A stretch of DNA of 64,000 nucleotides from Perna viridis. Lineage: Eukaryota. The position numbers and the translations under genes were made by a program. The notes beneath the pieces were generated by a model. The model ran no database searches, had not been told where the DNA came from, and saw only the letters and a list, made by a program, of their open reading frames with translations. Below, piece after piece: positions 55,401-64,000 of this stretch (the first letter of the stretch is position 1; the number at the start of each line of letters is the position of its first letter). The stretch lies in assembly GCA_037379345.1 (NCBI GenBank), contig CM074521.1:24266704-24330703 (forward strand), read 5' to 3'.

Positions 55401-55639
55401 TAATTTTTTTTAATTCATCATACATACTTTGAATTCACACTAATGTCCTTTTCCAGACCTCCAGGCAATAACACCGTTAAATCCACATTTTCATCTGCAA
55501 TTTCATTCATATTTTCATCATCTGGAGGATCATTTCTATAATATAGTGTGTTGTTTCCACTTCCATTGCTGATAACACCCACATCAGAGTTCTTTTTCTT
55601 CATCCTAGGGGGTGGACCCCCCTTCCGAAGGGAACTCAT
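22398..55639 (-). CDS. COBL: Cordon-bleu / cordon-bleu-like (COBL/COBLL1 family) WH2 actin regulator. Spliced span of 10 coding exons, about 1306 aa.
   Basis: Exons 55639-55428, 52139-51896, 43572-43350, 38688-38540, 36647-35873, 32495-32439, 31935-31603, 29141-29022, 24939-23174 and 22439-22398 all have GT-AG boundaries and compatible phases (2,0,1,0,1,1,1,1,0). They sum to 3921 nt = 1307 codons including the stop. The N-terminal LTVLLPGGLEK..N..MMDLLV..YKPN..G.L and RFTVNL..QK.VLRISP..PL match the Cobl ubiquitin-like region. KRAP motifs and a WH2 are present. Confidence 0.88.
23174..24939 (-). CDS. COBL: Cobl coding exon 9: long acidic low-complexity region, Gln-rich coiled coil, PPPPALP and most of the WH2 (DPREELMIAIRNFGGRSAMKK)
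   Basis: Acceptor T8CTTTTCACAG|AA (phase 1) is in frame with the 595-aa ORF. Donor AAG|GTGAGG (phase 0). Confidence 0.9.
25128..25488 (-). mobile_element. Penelope-like retroelement 3' fragment, copy 2 (Cobl intron 8)
   Basis: High similarity to 12015-12377 with the same 3' end and a shorter 5' side. Confidence 0.75.
25940..27397 (-). mobile_element. Helentron-associated non-autonomous element (HINE/DINE-1-like) with internal tandem repeats
   Basis: The minus strand begins TTTTTAGCTCACCTGG..CACTTGGCGTCCGTCGTTGTC and ends AGGTGAGCGATTCAGGCTCTCTTGGGTCTCTAGTTT (subTIR GCTCACCT/AGGTGAGC plus a 3' hairpin, T-rich junctions). The internal anchor AAAGG(C/T)AAC recurs at 26098, 26496, 26814 and 27141. 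Confidence 0.8.
28434..28625. mobile_element. MITE family A, second copy with an eroded left end
   Basis: Shares TTTAATTCCTGGATAC, CATCAATGGAA, ACCCACGAAAA and CTTTCAC.GTA with 38978-39183. Confidence 0.65.
29022..29141 (-). CDS. COBL: Cobl coding exon 8 (HSRAESRTSISSVNTVDDVSLDFERTIAVCEEEVMRAEQ)
   Basis: Acceptor TTTTCTCCCTTCCTAACAG|TG and donor G|GTATTG, phase 1-1, 120 nt. Confidence 0.82.
31386..31494. mobile_element. TA-flanked MITE, family B
   Basis: TIR TACAGTGAAATCTGTC / GACAGGTTTAACTGTA (14/16). Related copies are at 50084-50279 and about 62160-62347. Confidence 0.6.
31603..31935 (-). CDS. COBL: Cobl coding exon 7 (DEEAAINDVLANLDQNL...APPPPTEPPP...SESPVS)
   Basis: Acceptor TTTTTTCTTCATAG|AA and donor A|GTAAGT, phase 1-1. 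Confidence 0.85.
32439..32495 (-). CDS. COBL: Cobl coding exon 6, a 57-nt proline-rich small exon (QPPPPPISKSITAPAAKK)
   Basis: Acceptor TTCTCATCTTTAG|GC and donor A|GTAAGT, phase 1-1 with an open frame. Not present in the ORF track. Confidence 0.78.
35873..36647 (-). CDS. COBL: Cobl coding exon 5 with KRAP-type motifs RKKRRAPAPP and KKKKAAPPPP
   Basis: Acceptor TTGTTTTTCAG|CAA is in frame with ORF 35844..36623. Donor G|GTAAAA (phase 1). Confidence 0.88.
37860..38047. mobile_element. Degenerate TA-flanked MITE
   Basis: Termini TACTGTAAAGGTAT / ATATATTTACAGTA. Confidence 0.45.
38540..38688 (-). CDS. COBL: Cobl coding exon 4 (TVNSAMSMPNL...KKKKGFFSFLKKDNSKKFSV)
   Basis: Acceptor TTATTTCAG|GT (phase 1) and donor GTG|GTAAGT (phase 0). 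KGFFSF resembles a motif recalled from COBLL1. Confidence 0.87.
38978..39183. mobile_element. TA-flanked MITE (Tc1/mariner-like), family A
   Basis: Imperfect TIR TA-TTGTCAAAGTACT / AGTGCTTTCACAG-TA. A second copy is at 28434-28625. Confidence 0.65.
39208..39378 (-). repeat. Helentron/HINE-like end fragment with a 60-bp tandem duplication
   Basis: TCTCAAAGGA.GTCTGCAAAAGTCT...AATAATCATGATGGA.ATACAGA occurs twice, with a (GACA)n tract. Similar worn ends lie at about 38190-38510, 56560-56700 and 63250-63435. Confidence 0.5.
43350..43572 (-). CDS. COBL: Cobl coding exon 3 (MTKRFTVNLPQNQKKVLRISPATPL...ELKSQEINMVVI), second ubiquitin-like fold
   Basis: Acceptor T8ACAG|ATG and donor G|GTAGGT (phase 1). 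Similar to the recalled vertebrate Cobl segment RLVVNY..TQKAVVRVSPEVPL. Confidence 0.9.
50084..50279. mobile_element. MITE family B copy with an internal duplication
   Basis: Termini TACAGTGAAAAC...GGTTTTACAGTA. ACCCTGAATTAACCCAAAAC occurs twice (50103 and 50131). Confidence 0.55.
51896..52139 (-). CDS. COBL: Cobl coding exon 2 (IPMMDLLVNLAARNKLSPAGY...YKPNQTVGSL...AQPFE), first ubiquitin-like fold
   Basis: Acceptor CTTCTTTTCAG|T (phase 2) and donor GAG|GTATGT (phase 0). MMDLL and KPN are Cobl-domain motifs. Confidence 0.9.
52197..52271 (-). CDS. Putative alternative first coding exon of Cobl (MFKRKKKSAKLTTGASSHDTGENSQ)
   Basis: AAAAATG start, 25 open codons and a consensus donor CAG|GTAAGA at phase 0. 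It is in frame with exon 3 (43572) but not with exon 2. Confidence 0.55.
53911..53993. promoter_or_regulatory. Homotypic CAGGTG cluster in Cobl intron 1
   Basis: CAGGTA at 53911 and CAGGTG at 53938, 53958 and 53988. Confidence 0.5.
55428..55639 (-). CDS. COBL: Cobl coding exon 1 (MSSLRKGGPPPR...VDLTVLLPGGLEKDISVNS)
   Basis: Acceptor TTTTTGTTTTTCAG/TAG at 55647/55644, then ATG at 55639 (GCAATG), and donor AA|GTATGT at phase 2. An upstream UTR or coding exon is implied but was not located. Confidence 0.85.
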
Positions 55640-58600
55640 TGCCCTACTGAAAAACAAAAAAAAACATTATGTTATGATTAATATCAAAATATTCATATTT
55701 TTTCTCAAAATTTGAATAGAGTTACCTCCCTTCCACTAGTTTACATAATAGTGATTATGACCACTTGCCATACAAGCCTATCAACATGGACAACTGAAAG
55801 TTATTGAGTTCTATGTAATACTTGACTAAATAGTGGTAATAACACAGTATCAAAAAACAAAAAATTGGTTATCATCTAACTACATTCATATTACATGGGC
55901 ATGTAACTCTGTGTAAATTAATATGCTCAACATTCACCATTTTAAGTTCCATTATTATAATGGGGAAACATCCCTACCTATCTCATCATCCATCAAAAAT
56001 GTACAAAATGTCCACTAAAAGAAGGAATTCCCACTTACATGTAGACAATTTAACTACTGATCACTACTGTAGTTATCCAGTATGTACACGTGTTGTTTAT
56101 CATCCATATTTTACAACATTGATAATTTGTTTAGTTAAGATGACACAATCATTTTTCTTAAAATGCTGAATATTTCTTAAAGATAAAATCATTATTGCAA
56201 AAAGCTTCATTGAAGCATCCAGTGGCCCAGAATTTAAAGAAATTCTTGAGTCACATAAAGAGGTCATCCACATATAGACAAAACACAAGGACATTAAGGG
56301 GTAGTTTTCTGAATGATATCTTTAATCAGGAAAGAATTACTTTTATGTCTACTTCCTTATTCAGGTAATTAGGGTAACCAGTCTTCCAGAAGAATGACCT
56401 ACTTCCTATAGTAGACTTCAACTTGAACTACTTGAAGTCTAGTCACCACTTCCTTGAAACATATAAATGCATCTGTTGTCATGCATGGACAATATGTGTT
56501 GGCATACCTCCACTCCTACTGAAAGTTGATAAAGGACAGCACTAAAAATTGCTTACAACATATGCCCAATCTATACCAAGTCACACATCAAATTTGAAAT
56601 CAACCTATCCATCAGAAACAGAGATAATTGTGATGAAATTCAGACAGACAGATTGACAGACTAAGTGATTCCAATATGCCATCCACTCAACAAGTAAAGT
56701 ATATGTAGAAATGTGTCATGCAATATTAAGCAGGTTATCCAGTAGACCATGGACCTTGAGTACCCTCAACTCCAACCTAAAGCAAAACTGCAGGCCATGA
56801 CTGTCTAACAAACTAAACAGAAATAGTAAGGAAAGTGGGGAGAAAATTTTCTGAGGGGCATGAAGCCTACTTTTTAACCTCACTCAGCTTGGTCAAGAAT
56901 ACTCCCCACCCCCCCAATTTTTGTTAGTAAGCCATTGCCCATTTTTAAAAATTTTTTTAAAGAGGAGGAAAGGAGAAAATATAAGGTAACAATGGAATGA
57001 CGAAATAGCTCCTTATTTTACACTTCTACTTAACTCACAAATCAAATATACTAGTAGGCTTGATAAATGGCCTTGAAAAATCTTCCAGTAAAGTCCTTTC
57101 AGTTTAAACTGCTTCAATGTTTACCAGTTCAAACATACCAGGAATTAATCGGAACTAAATTTACCAACAATTCTATGGTTATCCAATATTTAGACAGTAA
57201 AAAAAGCATTAAAATCCATTATTCAACACAGTGTCCATAAAATGGATCAAAAAGATCTAATAAAGTTGACCAGATAGAGTGTTCTTTAAAACCAAATACC
57301 CATAAGATAAACATTGTCTATCATTATATCTCACCACATTTTTAAAGACCATTCTTAAACAAGCAATAATTCTCTATTCAATTGGGGAAAATGTAAACAC
57401 TGTATTGAAAACAGAAGGTTGGAGGTCAGGGTGAATCAGTCAGCCATGATGGTCAACAGATGAATACTGATTGTATGGTTAATGGTCCCATCACATGATA
57501 TCTCTAACAGATACATGATGATCTGTTTTAATCAAGCTTTAATTTATTTTAATCTTTAAATAACTGTTCATACAATAATGGGTTTAAATTTCATCTGTTT
57601 TTTAAAAGTTTTCTTTATAATAAAAATGTTAAGCTGGTTTGGTTAAGGTGAACCTAGTAGCTCTTTTCACAGTGGACAAATAAGTGGAAAAAAGTACTCT
57701 TGAAATTGATTTTTACAGCTATCAAACACTTATTTGAAAATTGTCAAATTAATACCCACAAAATTGTTCATGTTCATCCATGAAATAAAAATGACAACTG
57801 CTAAATATAGTATTCAATCAGTATCAAGTGTTGCAGACATGGCAATTTTGCAGTTCTTAAGGTAACAAACTTATTGCATTGATCTTCATGTACATGTAAG
57901 AGATAAAAGGCAAATGTGGAAAAGCACTAGATCCTCTGCTTTCATCAAATTAATAAATCACTACAATAAGGTGACCATTACCCATACGGACCCACCCACT
58001 GAAAAACTATACACTTGTTAATTACATACCTGGGCTACTTTCTATAGGGTCATGACTTCAAGGATTAAAGGGTCTTAAGTCAACCTAAACTTTCGAACCA
58101 TTGTTAAAGGAATTTGACTTTTATGTAACAAGTTGAACATAATTAACACCTTTGTACTGTTAAATCTTACTGTTATTACCCATTGAGGTGGAATAAGGGG
58201 GTTTATAATAAACTGTGAGAAAATGGGGGCTTCTTAACAAGAGTTGAAAGGTTAATGTTTGTTGATAACTATCTACTGATAGAATGAACCATGGGTTGAG
58301 AAAAATTGGGTAAAAATTGTGACATTGAGAATGTGAATGGATTATCTACCATACAAATGAAATAGTCTTCATCTGATGGATATTTTTTTTTTATGGTTGC
58401 TAGTTTGGTTTCCCTACCCTTGTTCATGATTTTTTTTCTGACACATGTTCTACCACCTTTGAAAACCCACATTTGCTTACGCTTCGTACCTCCCACCAGT
58501 ATGTAGCGTGTAGTCAACAGTGGGTTTCTGACAATAACATTCTATCAAATATAAATGATTTTGGCAAAACAATATAAATTGATACCCACAAATATGTTCA

Positions 58601-59934
58601 TCTGACCATGATTGACAGTACTGACCAATGAGAAAAAGATTCAACTTTTAAAAACCTGAGTGAGATGATTTTTTTGCACACAAAAATTTTGTCCGGAAAA
58701 ATCACTGTTCATATTACGTGCCATGTGACTATTTCTGAAAAATGTGATACACCCCCAAAAAAGGCTACATATTTTTATTTTTGTAACTAAGTTGTTTTAT
58801 GGGTATATATTATGAAATGTGTAATTACTCATTCCAATTTGTCTGCACTTAGAAGGAAATCAACATTGAAAATCCAATATTGTATTTTAGAGTCATTTAC
58901 AGAATTATCTCTCTTAAATTTGAAATCTACAGTGCATTCTATAAAATTTTTATCTTCTAAGAACACAGTTTATATGAAAAACTGAATGTTCATTGACATC
59001 TACTATTGCAATTCAAACTTAATATCAAAAATAAAAAATATGTACGTTTTTCACCCATGAATCCCATTTTGCATGATTCTTAGCTGGAGTGCTACTTAAA
59101 ACTTAAAGGATATGTCAAAGGCAATCTTTTCAATCTCAGCTATCAAATAAGATGTAGCATTGTAAGATGTTGTACCTGTTTAGGTAAACCTAAAATAACT
59201 TCCCATGCATTGATCATTATCAAAACAACAATGCATGTATCAATTACAAGTCTCTATTCTCGAGCATGTCTCACTAATACACCCTAAAGGTTTCTTAATC
59301 AGCAATAAATCTTGAATATACAACAAAATTTACAATTCAAATTTTAGCATCATTGAAAAATTTCTTTTACTTCCAGTAGTGAAATAAACAAAGTAGTAAG
59401 CCTTACACTGGACACACCCTAACACACTTGATAGCTCAATCAATGCAGATCTGGTAGTCCATAGATTTACAAAGAGGGATCCTATCCTGAGCCCCTAATT
59501 TTTCCTTCAGAAAAATGTGAAAAACAACACTTCTGCAGATAAAACAATCTGATATAAAAAATCTAATTAATAATTACTTAATTTATAAGGGCATAGACCT
59601 GTTATTTAAATACAAATATATAAGCAGGTGGAGACACCAGATCCTTTAGATCCATCTAAGCATGGAAGTTTGCAAATTCATTTCCTTACCTCAAAATCCA
59701 GTAATATATACCTATATATCTTGTACACCTCAAAAATCTGACTTGCTCAAGTTATAAAACAAATGATTTTTACACAAAAACTAACTTCAATCCTTCATCG
59801 AATTCCAAGAAAAAAATATCTGAATGAGATGTATTTTCTTTACAAAAACTAATCCTTTTACCTCAAATTCCTAAAATAATCTCTGACACCTCAAAAAACT
59901 GATTTGCAATGTTTATAAACAACATGGAAACTTA

Positions 59935-60085
59935 CACCTGAAATGTACACACTTGTCAATCAAGGTGGAGTATTCAACACACCCTTAACTAAGTTAAATA
60001 TTCTTATCATGTGTCACCTGTAAAGTACCTGCAATTAATTACTGACAGGTGAATTCAGGTGAAAATTTAATTAAGGTTCTACCTG
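59935..60085. promoter_or_regulatory. Homotypic CAGGTG/CAGGTA (E2-box) cluster upstream of Cobl exon 1
   Basis: CACCTG at 59935 and 60015, CAGGTG at 60046 and 60056, TACCTG at 60026 and 60080. Confidence 0.5.
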
Positions 60086-62364
60086 AAATAAATGTTTGTG
60101 GTCCACCATGCATATAGGAGGGCTATTTTTGTTAAAAGTTTGGAATTTCCAAAACCATAATATTTAGTGCAAGACCTGAACTGTCACATAGAACAATAGG
60201 GTTTGTTTGAAGAATCATGAATGTGCTCAAGGTCTTAATTTTATTCAAACTACTGAGGTAATGATTAGAGATTCTGCACCGAGATTCAAAGAAACACAGA
60301 CCTTTAAATGAAGAAGAAAAATACAAAGTGCAGTTATAAAAACTAGCAAACTGTTCATTCAAAACCAAATATACAGACACAATTGAAATTGCAAAAGACG
60401 AAAGATCATATTTTGCGTATAAAAAATTTTGAGCTCATTTGTTGCATCCAATACTAAATTATAACATCTACAAGACTTACTGTAAATTTAGAAGCTATGG
60501 TCCTTGAAGCACAAATATTTTTTAAGGTAAACAGTAAAAAAACAATGTGTCTCTATGAAAAAATTGGTCACACCATGTACATCTGTTTTAATACTTTTGT
60601 CAGTAATCCAATTCCCAATCAATGAACATATACTGAACAGGAAATCACCAAAATTGTCAAGTAAAATATAAAACTGACCACTAGAATACTTCAACAATGT
60701 ACAAACTATAAAACTCCTTGTTTAACAAACTGAAACATCCACTTGTTTTATCAAAACAAGCGAAAATCTTTCTATCAGATTCAATCATCCATCGCTTCAT
60801 TAATTGATGACATTTAAAATTTGCTTAACGATGAATGAAATTGATGATTCTAATAAAACAATTCACATACCATGACAGTGACAAACATATTATAGATCAA
60901 GACTATCTTCAATTTAAATAACATTAAAACTAGGTGGAAAATCAGAAAATATTATCCATTACGAAATGTCTATATTTATCGGGTATCTAATACTTGTATC
61001 GGTTATGATTTCTCTATCTTATGAAAACAGCCATATAAGGTCAATACACAATAAACAAATATGGTACTATCAGATTTATTGGTTAACTAATGTCGTAGGT
61101 TGTCAGGGGTCTGTAATTCAGGGAGGAGATTATCAGACAGATTTATCAACAAAATCATCCCTATTGATTTCATATCATAAAAGGATAGTATAATATGGAA
61201 TTTTTCATAGCAACAACAAAATGAAATGGTTCGAAGAAGAGGCTGTCTGCCCTGGCCGATCACAAATATATTTGATAGAGTTTCCAACTACATTGTAATT
61301 GTCAATTTTTAAATCTCACTGAACAATATAGAAAGGTATTGATAAGTCACAATCTTCAAGTATCTTGCTTCAACCATAAACCTTGTTTTTATTTTGAAAC
61401 TGCTGCTGATATTTTTTTGTTGCTTTCCAGATGATACAAGGACTAATATTGTATTTATCAATATTTTTTTGTGCTTTTTGAACTAATCACGGTCCTTTGA
61501 CATCTCTAGTAATGTTCCTAACTGTAATTTAATCCTAATTAATTATCCCCCCTTTTTTCTACAAACTTTTCTGTACAAATTTTCTCTGAATATATTTCAT
61601 TCAATTATCTTCAATAATGAAGATATTCATAATTAACTACAATGTCCAACATTAAAAACACTAATATACTTTGAATTTTTATTTTTATTCTACCTATACG
61701 CATATGAGAAATATTAAGTTGCTGTAAAAATAGGCACCTATACATACGATATGAAAGCATCAATCATATTCCACAGAACAGCAAATCTTAATCTATCACT
61801 TACATGTTTTCCTACAAACTAAATTAACCACTTGACCTACCTTTTATAATCACAGGTACATTACAGGTAAAATTGTGATTAAGACTGGATTTATTCAATA
61901 ATCCATCATAAGAACTTAATTATAAGTAGAATGGAAATCCATGATTAGAAAGTTACTTAATTACGTAATCCTGTTCTGAAATAGTTATTTCCACTTCACA
62001 ACACATAACACCAGAAATAAATTCATTCTACACTAAATCAAAAGTCTTCTAGAAAGTATTGCATGTTCTGACTTAGTGCAAGAAACTCGGAGCAAATATA
62101 AAAATTCAGTTCTGTGTAAAGAAGTGGTACTGAGTTATAGAATATATATTTGTCACTGAGTACAATAAAGGGAAACCTGTCTTAACTGAACCCTGTTTGG
62201 ATTAATAAATATGGTTCCATATAGACAGGTGCTTGGTTTACAAAGGTTCTAAATATATTTAAACTGGATGAAATGGACTTTAAAAATACAGTAAAAACAT
62301 CTGGTTTTCAGATTTTTCAAGGTTCAGTTAAAACAGATTTCACCATACAATGTCATAGTATAGA

Positions 62365-62662
62365 GAGAAATCAAGGAAATCAAGACTCAAGATGAAATCC
62401 AAAGACATAGGGACATAGACCAGACATGGAAAACAGCCACACACAACAAAGAACATAATACAACCAAAATAATACATACAAATGAGCAACTCAGACTCCA
62501 ATAAAGACTAGGAGCATGAACCAGGCGCACCAGTAGGGTAAGCATCCTCTGCTTTTCAAAAAACACCAGCCAATTTGCTCATAAAAAGTGAAGTCCGGGG
62601 GTAGACGATAGAGGAAAGAACAACTACGACACATTAAACTAATCAGTTCACATAGTGTATAG
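62365..62662 (-). mobile_element. Penelope-like retroelement 3' fragment, copy 3 (more diverged)
   Basis: Aligns by eye with copies 1 and 2 (CAGACATGGAAAACAG, GTAGGGTAAGC.TCCTCTGC, GGGTAGAC). Confidence 0.7.
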
Positions 62663-63752
62663 AAAGCAAATTAATGTATATTAATTAATTAATAGGAGAA
62701 ATAACCAAGTTAACAAGAAAAATCATTGGTGATGCCTGGCCCCTGGATATCTAGAAAGGTTAAACAGTAAAATCAAAAACAGTTTACTTCTGTTCCTACA
62801 TGATGTCATGGTCACTGCAGGTATAAAAGCGTTATTTGCAAAACAATAAATAAATGGAACATTTTAACAATGAAATGCATGTTCCAAGTTCAATGCACAG
62901 TTAGTGGACAATATTAAGTGTCAGTTCCTGTAAGAATCAGACAGTGGGTGAAACATGATATGAAAAAACTCATCATTTTTATAGTGTAATTTGACTATTT
63001 GTACAATCAGGATCAAGGAAAAAAGACAATATTTTCCATATCATTTTAATTTAATTGGTGGTTTTTTGAATGGACATTTCTGAATTTTCCCATTTTGCCT
63101 GATTTTTACAGAGACTGACATTTCAAGAACCAGAAAAACTGATAGATGAGAAAGGCTGTTCGAATACTGAGTAGTTAAAGAAATAAAGAAATCAGATATC
63201 CAATGCCCACTAGTGTCATACAACCTGCATCTTAACTTCAGTTTTAAGACAAAATATATGCAGAGTCCTCAAGAAGTATTTGTGGCCTGAGCTCAAAATC
63301 TAATTCTATGATAGCACATCTCAAAATATTAAGTGGCTATGGCTAAGACAGTAGACTGTTACAAAAATGCGAGATGTAGAGACAGGCAAGAGAAAAACAT
63401 TATACCTACTAGCTTCTTTGAAAGGGGTCTAAAAAACAGACATACCACTTTTAGAAGAAACAAAATGTCATATTATAAAAGGGGTTTTGAGATATTCAGG
63501 TGTGGGAATAATTACTAAAATGTGACCAAGTTAATCAAATATGTACATTTGATAACTCTATGCAATAAACTAGATTAAATTAAAGATGACCTTTCAACCT
63601 TTCCAGGTCATATTGTAATGGAATGGCCTTTTCTGTCCCCAGGCTAATGACTAAAACATTTGTAATTGATTATCATCAACAAATTGGTGATGTTAATCAG
63701 CAGTCAACTAGAAATAGTAAATTAGTGACATAAAATTAAATGATAGTAAAAG

Positions 63753-63835
63753 GGGGTGGGGGGACTAAAAGGGGCCAGATGACAGAAAGTCTTGGGTGGG
63801 GGAACTAAAAGGGGCCAGGTGACAGGAAGCCTTGG
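63753..63835. repeat. Two-copy 40-bp G-rich tandem repeat
   Basis: GGGTGGGGG.ACTAAAAGGGGCCAG.TGACAG.AAG.CTTGG occurs twice. Confidence 0.85.
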
Positions 63836-64000
63836 TACACAATTTCAATAATTTCATTGACTCCAGCCTTTATGGAAGGAGTTTTTTTTTTAAGTTGTCT
63901 CTTCATTGGTATGTCTCACATCATGACATGATGAGACATAAATTTACCATAATACACCTGTCCAAGTGCAAATTTTACTGCTGAAGATTCTGATTCAGTA

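Overview
AT-rich, intron-rich animal genomic DNA. The repeat families suggest a bivalve mollusc, probably an oyster; this is an inference. Two genes lie in tandem on the minus strand. (1) A cordon-bleu (COBL/COBLL1-like) gene that I could splice by hand into 10 phase-compatible coding exons (55639 to 22398, 3921 nt, about 1306 aa). It encodes tandem ubiquitin-like Cobl folds, two KRAP-type motifs and a single C-terminal WH2. (2) The first large coding exon (8026 to 7421) of a rutabaga/ADCY1-type transmembrane adenylyl cyclase; I found no later exon in the window. The rest is introns and intergenic DNA holding decayed mobile elements: an RTE-X-like LINE 3' end, an AcademH-like foldback element with a 9-bp TSD and a duplicated right terminus, three 5'-truncated Penelope-like copies with a structured 3' tail, an internally deleted Gypsy element with one LTR and PPT, a Helentron-type HINE with a satellite core, and several TA-flanked MITEs. 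The most interesting signals are a hidden alternative polybasic first exon in Cobl, a 57-nt exon missing from the ORF track, dense CAGGTG E-box clusters in the Cobl 5' region, the Cobl/adenylyl cyclase linkage (human COBL and ADCY1 are both on 7p12) and the folded Penelope 3' RNA. I found no convincing wholly new multi-gene system. Family assignments come from motif recall, not database searches.
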